A stretch of 64,000 nucleotides of DNA. Source: Octopus bimaculoides. Taxonomy: Eukaryota. Position numbers and translations under genes: made by a program. This document shows positions 12,533-23,455 of the stretch, in pieces. The stretch's first letter is position 1. The number at the start of each line of letters is the position of its first letter. The DNA is taken from contig NC_068995.1 in the NCBI RefSeq assembly GCF_001194135.2, positions 50,308,343 to 50,372,342 on the forward strand, written 5' to 3'. Under the pieces are notes generated by a model. It was not told the DNA's origin. It ran no database searches and saw nothing but the letters and a program-made list of their open reading frames with translations.

Positions 12533-14643
12533 NNNNNNNNNNNNNNNNNNNNNNNNNNNNNNNNNNNNNNNNNNNNNNNNNNNNNNNNNNNNNNNNNNNN
12601 NNNNNNNNNNNNNNNNNNNNNNNNNNNNNNNNNNNNNNNNNNNNNNNNNNNNNNNNNNNNNNNNNNNNNNNNNNNNNNNNNNNNNNNNNNNNNNNNNNNN
12701 ACACACACCACTTATTCATTTAGAATGAGGCAGACAGGTTTATTTTGACTGCAAATTTAGTGTTAAGTATGCATACTTAACACTGAAACATAACTGGAAA
12801 AAAAAAAGTTGCTTTATATTTATTGAGAGTATAAATGGAGCAATTTCATGGCTATATCATAAACTGATTGATGTAAAGAAATATCAAATAAATGGCAAAA
12901 TATGTCAATGAATGTGGAAACTGGTGTTGTTAGTTGACAACTATTTATATAATAAATCTTGTATAGTTTTCAGACTACAGCTGTTTTTATTGAGAGCAGT
13001 TGGGAAAATCTGTTAGAGTAATCATATCTGCTCTTGACTTTAGTTAGTAGGTAGATTCATTAGTAGAGATAGAGAGACAGATCAAATTTCTTACTGTGTT
13101 AAACAAATATAAAAGTTTAAAGAGGAAACAGAGCCTTTCGGTAATATAATGGAGAAATTAATGTAATTTATGCAAGCAGAGTGAGCCAAACTGCACGAGC
13201 AGTATTATGTATGTGATGATGAAGAGAAATGCAATACGGTAATTAAACATAAATTGAAATGGTAATTAATAACTTATGCTATTTTTAATACTATTGAAAA
13301 GTTTCCAGCCGTAGACTAATTCAAAATTTCAAATATCATAAGTTCTTAATTCAAAACAGAAAAATTCTTTTTTTAAATCAGTTAGAGGAAGCAGAATAGA
13401 ATAAAATAAAGATTTTAAGCATAGATGAGACTATAAATAACTTGAGGTTTCTTAATATTGCTGTTGTTATTGTTGTTGGTTTATATAGAAAATACAATGA
13501 TATCATGTATAAATATATGTATATATATATATATAACAGCCTTATACAATATTGCTATTGTTGGTGGTGTTGTTTCAAATAGAGAACACATAATGGAAAA
13601 TAAACTCCTGATGAATTATCGTGAAATAATATATTCTCAACCAGCCTCATATTCCTTAAGAAGAAAAACAAGAACAAATTTTACATTTAAACTGACTGAA
13701 CTTGCAAGGAAATACAACAATAGAAAATAAGAATTGTTCATGAAACAAAGGGGAGGATTATGACCATAGCTTTAGAGTAGAACATTCCAAGAAGTATTTA
13801 GAGATGAGGTCAAGCTGTTTTGAGAAGGTTAATGCTTTTTGAATAGTTATACTTTGAAAGGTTTCAAATAACCATAGTACTTCATACAGCTTGACTTGAA
13901 TGCGCAAGACAGAGTCGCTACACACAATCATTGTAGTTGTCTTTGCTTTAATGTTCGCTTTCCTGTGCTTGCATGGGTCAGAAGGAGTGTGTTGATGTAG
14001 ATTTTTTTTTCTACATTGGGATGCCCTTCCCACTGCCGACCCTCACCTGTTTTGAAATAAGATAATATTTCTTAACAGCAGGACATGGTTTAATGGAAGA
14101 TTGGAAATGAAGGACACTGTTCGTATGATAGCAATGCTTGCTTACAACTATTGTAAAATGTCAAGACAAAAAAACACAAAAGAATACACACAAACATGTA
14201 TTATCAACCAGTGCTGGATTAACCATTAAGCAAAATAAGCATGTGCTTAGGGCATCAAGAGAAGATTTTGATACTCTAAATGCAAGAGAGCTACAACGGT
14301 TCATTGGAAATTTTCATGACAGTGCATCAACAAGACCACAACAGAATGGCTGAGAAACAAAAGAGCAACAGTATCATAGTAAGGGTTTTTCTGTACCTGG
14401 GGTAAAGACACTTTTGGCTGTCTCACCTTCCTCTACTTTAAGTAATAGACACAACAGGACAGTTGAAATTTTGTACTACTTCACACTTGTATCTTGGAGG
14501 AAACTAACCCTTTCCTCCCCCATCCCCCACTTTTGTTATGCTTCTGAGTAAAAGAGCAGGAGTCTCTATCCTTTACCCACTTAACTCTTGTGATACCGAC
14601 CTGCTTGAGGTTGTTTCCGGTTCTATGATCCAAGATTCCAGTT

Positions 14644-14830
14644 TTAACCCTTTAACATTCAGATTACTGTGTCAAATGTAATGCTTATTTATTCACATTG
14701 CTTTGAATTAATCATGCAACTATCTCATAGCTTCAAGACTTCAATGATGTGATTATCTATTTTTAGAGTAACATTGTCGATTAGGTGTGAGAAGCCAGAT
14801 CTGGCTGATTTACATGCGAAAGGATTAAAG
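14644..14830 (+). mobile_element. TTAA MITE copy
   Basis: Starts TTAACCCTTTAACATTCAGATTACT; same interior as other copies. Confidence 0.6.
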
Positions 14831-15172
14831 TGATCTGCATCTAAACTTTCTATCAAAATTTCACATTTGATTTATGTTTCAAACACCAGCTTCCTAACGA
14901 CTAGGTTATTTTACTAAATTCTTCCATTATTTTAAGAGTTAACTGAAACAGCAACGCAGTCCAGCGCCAATATGGTTACAAAGGGGTTACTATGTAAAAT
15001 TCTGAGCAGTACTGGCCAACCACAAAAGAGGAGCTCCAGAATGGCCTTTGCTATGATGGCTTCAACAAACAAAATAAAAGGAAATAAAGTTGCTGAAACA
15101 AAGAAAGTCTTATTTGAACACATTTCTATTAATGTGCAAGCATGTATGTGTGAGCATGTGTGCATGTGTGCA

Positions 15173-15304
<132 letters not shown>

Positions 15305-16071
15305 ATTCTTATATTCTGAATATTATTCTGGAATCTACTACTTCAAATCGTAATATATGTTGATGATAGCAGCAGGATTCTGCTGAAACATGAAATATGA
15401 GCTTTGACGGTTTTTACATGTAGTCTTTGTAGGGAGGCAGCTTTTTTAAAATGCATTAAAGACAAGAAGAAACAAAACAAAACAAAACAGACAGATTAAG
15501 AATAACAAAAATGAATATTCAAAATCCTCGTGATGTGGAGTGAGCATCCCATTGGTGCAGGTTGATATGACATCACTGTTTGTTCCGGATAAAATCCATT
15601 ATAGAAAAATAAATGAAAAATAGTGTGAAGCTGAATTTACTGAGGCGTTAATGCGTGTGTGTGCACGTGTGTTTATTTAATTTGTTGTTTCTTGTCAAGG
15701 TTTTATTTTCATTTCAGTTTTGTAATCTTAATTAAAATTCATTACTGATATAGGAGGATAAGTTTACACTTTTGAGATGCAAACACAACAAGCTGACCTT
15801 AAAACCTACAGCTTTTTAATAAGCAGAACGTTTTCTTAAGAATTACCTGGGTGAACTTTTGTGACATTACTGATACCAGGGTAGATATGTTTTGTTAGCG
15901 TATCTGAGACATTGCATGGAAGTTGATAATGAATTAACATAACCAGAACATAGTGCTATATAATGTAGCCATACTTGATATTCTACAGAAAAATTTGGAC
16001 ATAAATGCATTCTAGATTTTTTCTCTTATAAACCATAATAATAATAATAATAGTAGTAGTAGTAATAATTC

Positions 16072-16282
16072 TTTCTACTATAGGCACAAGGCCTGAAATT
16101 TTGGGAGAGGGGGAGCAGTCGATTAGATCAACCTCAGTACACAACTGGTACTTAATTTATTGACCCCGAAAGGATGAAAAGCAAAATCAACCTTGGCGGA
16201 ATTTGAGCTCAGGACATAGCGGCAGATGAAATACTGCTGAGCATTTCGCTCAGCATGCTAACCATTCTGCCAGCTCGCTGCC
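16072..16282 (-). mobile_element. tRNA-derived SINE family C (Meta-domain-like core)
   Basis: Reverse complement starts ggcagcgagctggcagaatggttagc and contains ttttcatcctttcggggtcaataaattaagtaccag, resembling the MetaSINE core as recalled (unverified). Confidence 0.85.
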
Positions 16283-16330
<48 letters not shown>

Positions 16331-16332
16331 TA

Positions 16333-16560
16333 GGAAGCAAGCTGAGAGAGTTGTTAGTACACCAGATAAGATGTTTAGCAGCATTTCTTCCGGCTTTATG
16401 TACTGAGTTCAAATTCTGCTGAAGTCAACTTTGCCTTTCATCTTTTCAGGGTCAATAAAATAAGCACCAGTTGCATACTGGGGTTAATCTAATCGACTGC
16501 ACCCCCTCCCTTAAAATTCCAGGATTTGTGCCTATAGTAGACAAAATTATTATTATTATT
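16333..16560 (+). mobile_element. SINE family C
   Basis: gagttcaaattctgctgaagtcaactttgcctttcatcttttcagggtcaataaaataagcaccag... with (ATT)n tail. Confidence 0.85.
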
Positions 16561-17008
16561 ATTATCATTATCATCATAATATCAACATCTTTTCTACGCT
16601 TGCATGGGTCAAATAAGTTGGGTATAGTTTTCTATGACCAGATTCCTGTTTAAAATTTATTTTACATTGTAATTAGTGAACAAATAAGCCTGCTTGGTTT
16701 TAGCTATTCTTATCTTACAATATAAGGGGGCTTATAAAAACATAACAGTTTATGAGCTCTGCCCCTCCTTTACAGACTAATAGGAAAAACATTACAAGGA
16801 AACCCATTTGATGTATCTGCTTGCTATCTCTTTATCACACCTGAAATCTCTTCTTCTAGACAATATATTAACCACTTTGCTCAACCCTCCTATTTTGGAA
16901 TTACTTACCCCATTTTAACCACTACTTTTTCTAATTATTCTTCCTCATGAAGAAGAACTTCTGGAAAAGGTACGGATGGCACTGTTCACCTCATCAAATT
17001 AACAAATA

Positions 17009-17046
<38 letters not shown>

Positions 17047-17129
17047 CAAATATCTAGTTTGAGCTAGTCTATTTATTTAGTTAATATTGCATTTGATGAA
17101 CATTTGTATGAATGATGGGTAATGAATGC

Positions 17130-17520
17130 AAAAGTACAATCCTGAACTCAAGTGGCCAAAATAAGGTTTCTCTAAAGGAACTCTGGGAGTAATGTTACTT
17201 GGTGTGCACAGCTCGGAGATCAGGGAGATTCTCCAGGTTGAGTCACTATTTCTCTGCATTGAGAGATCACAACATTATACAACAGACATGTAATAAGAAT
17301 GTTGCAGGGCAAGATCACAAAACAAACTCTTGAAGCCAAGCCAAGCCAGCTGGCAGGTGACCTAGGGGTAGACCAAGGATGAGCTGGTGGATAATATCCA
17401 TAGTCTTAGTAGGCCATACTTGGGAATCCAGCAGGGAAACGTAATGATGGTGGCTTCTGATAGAACCCTAAGGATGGGGTGCTTAAGGACTTTACTCTCA
17501 TGAGCCTCTCAGGAATAGGT
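17130..17520 (+). mobile_element. Old RTE-clade LINE 3' fragment (second family)
   Basis: Decayed reading GVMLLGVHSSEIREILQVESLFLCIERSQH...DNIHSLS..LGIQQGNVMMVASDRT matches the RTE C-terminal SSEIRE/HIERSQLRW pattern. Confidence 0.7.
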
Positions 17521-17691
17521 AGGCAGAGAAGATGGATGGACAGAAGGATGAACAACTTTGTTATTGGCTTCAGATTTCCAATAGACCAATTACTGGTTCC
17601 ATTGTATTTCTGACAATAAAATTAAAAAGGAATTGTCTAAGCTCAGACAAATGACAAAACAGGGCATCTGTATTCAAAAGCATTGGTCACC

Positions 17692-17955
17692 AAATAATCC
17701 CAAGATTCAAGAACTGCTGATTTGTTGTTTAAATTATGCTAATTACATAGGCCATAACTGTTTTCTACTCTTTTGTATATGTGGAAGTCCTTTTCGCTAC
17801 TGGAGATATAAGCTAGGACAATTGTTGAGCTGATGAAGGCTATTGAGCCAAAAACATGTCTCCATGACTGTCCTCTCTTATCTCTAGATAATAATCCTGT
17901 CCTTTTCCTTAATGGCATGCCAGTTTTGGAGAGTTCTTGAATCTTGGGATTATTT
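17692..17955. repeat. Perfect 24-bp inverted repeat, 216-bp spacer
   Basis: AAATAATCCCAAGATTCAAGAACT (17692-17715) and AGTTCTTGAATCTTGGGATTATTT (17932-17955); no TSD seen. Confidence 0.95.
17815..17874 (+). ncRNA. Degenerate type-I hammerhead ribozyme-like fold (Penelope-type)
   Basis: CTGATGA core 17830-17836; stem II GGC/GCC around TATTGA; AAAAA where GAAA is expected; palindromic ACATGT at stem III; 14-nt gapless stem I (17816-17829 with 17860-17873: 10 Watson-Crick, 2 GU, 2 mismatches). Confidence 0.4.
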
Positions 17956-17990
17956 CCCTTTCTCAAGTGGAGCTGTCATAATTGCTATTT
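17880..17990 (+). mobile_element. Possible CR1/L2-type LINE fragment
   Basis: DNNPVLFLNGMPVLESS*ILGLF resembles CR1 PxxMNGxxLxESSSxxLLGLxF; short. Confidence 0.3.
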
Positions 17991-18635
17991 ATTAATTATA
18001 ACACATCCTCTAGAGGCAGAGATGATCTTAATACATCAAGAAATCTTTGTTGTGCAGTATTTGACATACAGATGTCTACTTGTCTATCTATCTATCTATC
18101 TATCATTAAACACACACACACACATTTTGTGTATGTGTACCCTTGTCTTGACATCATGTAATGGTTGAAAATGAAAATGATCATCATCATCATCATACAA
18201 ACACTGCTGTTGGGTTTTTTCAGTCTTCTGTGAAAATGGAAAGCATGTCTGGCCATGGGGAAATATTACCCTTACTTGGAAACAGGTGAGGGTTGACAAA
18301 AAAAAAGGTATCCAACTGAAGAAAATCTGCCTCAACAAATTTTGACTCCAGTAAGCATGGAAAAATGAAAATGAAATAATTATGATGATTTTAGTAAACA
18401 GACACACAGAATGTCAGTAGATCAATAATTTGGGTGTGGGTTGGCTTACCAATAAGGCAGATAATACTTTTTTTCTTTTCTTTTTTTTTGTGGAGAAACA
18501 ATGCAGAATGTATTTGTTGTTGTTGTTTAACCTTCAGGTCAGATCTGATTAAGCAGATCTATGACTAAAGACATTCTAGCTGTGACCGTCCTTCAAGACA
18601 ATAAGAGGTAAGTTTAGAGCAATTTGGCTGCTGTT

Positions 18636-19140
18636 TCATTTGGTTGAGTAATCAAACAGAAGCTTCCTCATTGGCTTGAATCCAGAATGTGAATGTGCAT
18701 GATGAATGTACCATCCTAGATAAGTTAAACAGGATTCTAGTGTAGGGCATATTTTTGTCTTGCATGATAAAAGCAACTGTCTACAGTTGGAAGATTTCAT
18801 AACTCTAGCAGACTTGGCTATATGAAGTCTATGTGTTTCCCATAAATGGTCACCAAAGACAGACAGAAATTGTACAGGTTTCACATTTGTAGGTAACAAA
18901 ATAGTTTTTTTTTTTTTTTACTAGACTAGTGAAAATACACTGCTGTTTGTTTTCTTTAGATAAGTAGTAGTACCTGCAATTGGGAGGTTGGGAAATGACA
19001 TCAGATTGTAAAGTCTCTATTACAAAATATTTTCTCTGAGTCTCTCTCTTCATACTCAGGATATTCACTGCCTGGTGAGATCTGTTGTGGGAAGAGCATG
19101 AAATAATGTCATTCATGTAGAGGGAATTCATAATTTGTCT
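18636..19140 (-). mobile_element. Probable decayed CR1/L2-type LINE RT fragment
   Basis: NSLYMNDII (degenerate YADD position), followed downstream by GDHLWETHRLHIAKSA...LLLSCKTKICPTLE, like the CR1 LSWxxHIxxIAKSA...LYKTQIRPxLEY pattern. Weak identity. Confidence 0.4.
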
Positions 19141-19978
19141 GAGTGAAAAAATAATCATTTAAATTATATCAACAGCTATACTGTCATTATCCTATCCTAT
19201 CGCAAGAGGCCAGATGTTAAGCAAAACTACCTAACTCTCCATCTCCCTTGTCAGACTAACTTACAAAAAGTGGCTCAGGAAATAATAGGTTTCAACAATA
19301 CTTTTTTTTAAAAAAAAAAGCATTAGAGTTATCTTGTGAAAGTGATGATGGTATCTGACATTGAGACAAAGATTACTGTATCAATTCTTTATAGTAATCC
19401 ATTAATTCATAGGAACATTGTGAGCAATACACTTCAAGCTAGGATAAGCAAACATTATTTTATCACGGGCATCATTTTGACGACTTTTTTTTTATACAAG
19501 CTCAAGAACAAAATCCTGGGTTAGGTTGCATTTCATACAGTCAGGTTAGGAGAAAGTTAACATTTGCATTCATAAACAGCACTTGTTTATTTTCTTAATT
19601 CATTTACAGAATTTCAAATTCAAATTTTGACATGAAAACACAGCGTGGGATACAGTGAAGCCACTAAAAACTATGAACAATTGTGCTGGTACATGACAAG
19701 TAGAATCATTATTTCTGTCTCTCTTCTCTCCCTACTTCTCTGCTTTATGGTGATTATTGGTCTAGCAATTGTTTATCCAAGCTAGCATGGGTTGGCCAAG
19801 TCTGCAGCAAGGCAATATTTTACTCATTTTAACACAAAGATCTCACATGAGAGTATATATGCAGTTGCTTGACATGCTAGAAATACCGGCCAAATCTCTT
19901 TCAAATCACATCCCACTATCTTATAAATAGAAGGACATGCTTAGGTTTGTGAACTTTATACATTTTGTTCAATTAAAG

Positions 19979-20228
19979 CAGTGGTCCTCAACTGGAGTCC
20001 ACATGGCCCTTGGGGTCCATATAAGATTCTGTTATCAAAATTCATCTGCAATAAATTGTTTATGCTTCTATGATGCATAAAATATTTTAAACAATTTTTT
20101 TATACAGTTCCTAATAATATATAATTATAAAAATATGATTTTTTAAAAAATTGAATGGTTAGGAGAGTCCATCCAAATAAAATAGGAATCAAAGGGGTCC
20201 ATAGGTGAAAAAGGGTTGAGAAACACTG
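19979..20228. mobile_element. hAT (Charlie-like) MITE
   Basis: TIRs CAGTGGTCCTCAAC / GTTGAGAAACACTG; 8-bp TSD aattaaag / aaataaag (7 of 8 match); homologous to 34037-34298. Confidence 0.8.
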
Positions 20229-20594
20229 AAATAAAGGATGGGACGGCCACAAATGGAGCACCTTTCTATCATAGGTTTGCAAAATTAGTGCTAACTAGGA
20301 GGCTAAACTACTGCTGCTACTACAACTACTACCACCACCATCACCACTCAATCCGCGAGGCCTAAAATCTTGGGAAATTATATGACCACTTTTATATTTT
20401 CTCCAGCCCTTCCTCTTCCAGTGGGAGCTTCCCACCTAAGTGTTTGCATGACAACTTATAAAACATTTTTAATACTTTTCACTAACAGAAGGGCAGTAGA
20501 TTGGTACAATTGGTAATGTAGCTCTGCATTCTTTTATTGAGTACTTTCATGCTCTGTATATGAACACTGCTGTCATTTGACTTTGGCTTGTATT

Positions 20595-20790
20595 GGATGA
20601 AATGCTTAGCAGTATTTCTTTCGAGTTCTTTACATTCTGAGTTCAAATTCCGCCAAGGTCAACTTTGCCTTTCATCCTTTCAGGATCGATAAATTAAGTA
20701 CCAGTTGCATACTGGAGTTGATCTAATTGACGGCCCTGCCCCTCCCCAAAAATTTCAGGCCTTGTACCTATAGCAGAAAGTATTACTAAT
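20595..20790 (+). mobile_element. SINE family C
   Basis: Same core. Further copies at about 2185-2305(-), 23455-23590(-), 30497-30690(+), 37040-37190(+) and 52670-52780(+). Confidence 0.8.
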
Positions 20791-21769
20791 ATCTGATAGC
20801 TTGCAGCTATGTTCGTTTCTGTTTTTCATACAGTTTTATTGTGGGGTGAGGGTGCTAGCATCTCCACCACCACCACCACCACCATAAAAACTAGTGCGAC
20901 CCTCATGGAATTAGTAAGATTAGGCTCATTAAATAGTAAACAATATCCTTGAATATCTGAAACTTAGCAACAGACAAAAATACATGGGCCGAAGAATATT
21001 TGAAAAGAAATACAACACAAGTTGGTAAGTATTTATGAGAAAATGAGCAAATGCAGTATTGGTGCAATGTGTTCTGATCGGTGCTGGAGTGTGGGTAACA
21101 ACTTTGGAAGGGCAGACATTTTAGTAAAGAAATTATTCCAAGGCATTAAGTGCTACAGACAACTTTTTGTTTACTGTTCTTCTTTCAACATCCTTTTCCG
21201 TTTCTTGGTGGAAGTAGTCTAGAATATAAGCTACGTTGAACAATCAACACTGGCCGATCTACTCTCTCACTGTTAGCCTCTCTCCCTTTCTCTCTCACAG
21301 CAATATCAACAGCTTCAAATTTAATATTTCATCCATCTGAAACTTCATTAATGACTCAAATCTATGTTTTTTACAAAGCTCCTTCAACTTGATGAGGTGC
21401 TGTAGCCTGGTTTTTGCAATTCAAAAGAATGGCATGTAGTATATAGTTGATACTTTTCAAAGTGTTTACAATCTAGTTTTTTTTTGTCTTTTTTTTTTTG
21501 TACTCTAGCATGAACAATGAAAACTCCAGATAATCAACAACTGACTTAATGTGGTAATCACATTCAGGAAACACACTTATGTTATCTTATTTTGTTTATC
21601 TAAGAGAACTATTGTACAATCAGACAAGAGATTGTTAAACACTACACAGATTAAACAATCCTCCTTCAACGGTTTAAAGAGTCAATTAATACAAATACTT
21701 ATTAAAAAAAAAAATTTGATTTATTTTGTTGACAGGCAAGAAACATATATAGATGACTAATTATAGGCA

Positions 21770-22118
21770 TAAGCTGTCTTCCCATCCACATGGCCCTGGG
21801 TTCATTCTTGCTGCTTGGCACCTCGGGCAAGTATCTTCTATAGCCTTGGACTGACCAAAACCTTGTGAGTAGACTTGGTAGGTAGAAACTGAAGGAAGCC
21901 TCTGTGTGTGTGTGTGTGTGTGAGTCTATCATCGCTGCTTGACTAGTAGTTTGTTTATGTCCCCATAACTTAGAGGTTCAGTAAAGAGGCCAATAGTATA
22001 AGAATCAGGTTTTAAAAATTAAAAATGTGCTGGGGTCAGTTTGTTCAACTAAATCCTTGAAGGTGGTGCCCCAGCATGGCTGCAATCCAATGACTGAAAC
22101 AAGTAAAAGATAAAAGAT
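21770..22118 (+). mobile_element. SINE family A, diverged
   Basis: Head, (TG)n and tail modules in order; abuts the RTE (GAT)n tail. Confidence 0.8.
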
Positions 22119-22122
22119 AGAC

Positions 22123-23455
22123 ATCATCATCATCATCATCATCGTTTAACGTCCGCTTTCCATGCTAGCATGGGTTGGACGATTTGACTGAGGACTGGTG
22201 AAACCGGATGGCAACACCAGGCTCCAGTCTGATTTGGCAGAGTTTCTACAGCTGGATGCCCTTCCTAACGCCAACCACTCAGAGAGTGTAGTGGGTGCTT
22301 TCACGTGTCACCCGCACGAAAACGGCCACGCTCGAAATGGTGTCTTTTATGTGCCACCCNNNNNNNNNNNNNNNNNNNNNNNNNNNNNNNNNNNNNNNNN
22401 NNNNNNNNNNNNNNNNNNNNNNNNNNNNNNNNNNNNNNNNNNNNNNNNNNNNNNNNNNNNNNNNNNNNNNNNNNNNNNNNNNNNNNNNNNNNNNNNNNNN
22501 NNNNNNNNNNNNNNNNNNNNNNNNNNNNNNNNNNNNNNNNNNNNNNNNNNNNNNNNNNNNNNNNNNNNNNNNNNNNNNNNNNNNNNNNNNNNNNNNNNNN
22601 NNNNNNNNNNNNNNNNNNNNNNNNNNNNNNNNNNNNNNNNNNNNNNNNNNNNNNNNNNNNNNNNNNNNNNNNNNNNNNNNNNNNNNNNNNNNNNNNNNNN
22701 NNNNNNNNNNNNNNNNNNNNNNNNNNNNNNNNNNNNNNNNNNNNNNNNNNNNNNNNNNNNNNNNNNNNNNNNNNNNNNNNNNNNNNNNNNNNNNNNNNNN
22801 NNNNNNNNNNNNNNNNNNNNNNNNNNNNNNNNNNNNNNNNNNNNNNNNNNNNNNNNNNNNNNNNNNNNNNNNNNNNNNNNNNNNNNNNNNNNNNNNNNNN
22901 NNNNNNNNNNNNNNNNNNNNNNNNNNNNNNNNNNNNNNNNNNNNNNNNNNNNNNNNNNNNNNNNNNNNNNNNNNNNNNNNNNNNNNNNNNNNNNNNNNNN
23001 NNNNNNNNNNNNNNNNNNNNNNNNNNNNNNNNNNNNNNNNNNNNNNNNNNNNNNNNNNNNNNNNNNNNNNNNNNNNNNNNNNNNNNNNNACTAACTTGGT
23101 CGCCCAGATAGCGGAAGCTATCGACTACCTCTAGTTTTTCACCCTGGAATGAGATAGAAGTTGTTTCCTGTTTGTTTACAGTCTTTATTGCACCTGAACA
23201 TCTGCCACAAACAAAAACTAACTTGCTAGTTAACCTGCCTTTGATGTTGCTGCACCTCTTATGTGTCCATAGCTTGCACCGGGTACATCTTATAGAGTTA
23301 CTACCTACTCCTTTTCTACATACTGAGCAGGGCCATCTACCTGAAGGGTTTTGTGTTTTATCTACCTTCCTACTTATTAGGATTTTGGTTTTAGCTAGGT
23401 TGACTCTAAGGCCCTTCAATTCTAGACCTTGCTTCCACACCTGAAACTTCTCCTA
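22123..23455 (-). mobile_element. 5'-truncated RTE-clade LINE, young copy (internal gap 22360-23090)
   Basis: Open frame WKQGLELKGLRVNLAKTK...WPCSVCRKGVGSNSIRCTRCKLWTHKRC...CGRC...LEVVDSFRYLGDQVS (RT C-terminus with Cys/His finger). CpG-rich 3' UTR ends ccaacccatgctagcatggaaagcggacgttaaac(gat)n. Confidence 0.9.

Noticed and set aside
14138-14353. STRPQQNG resembling the integrase PQQNG motif
   Set aside because: Five-residue match only, followed by a stop, with no other integrase motifs nearby.
16909-16960. Minus-strand 52-nt segment with ttttccAG acceptor and GG|GTAAGT donor
   Set aside because: Closed in all frames, and its terminal ATG is out of phase with the 8430 exon. It could be a UTR exon but this cannot be supported from sequence alone.
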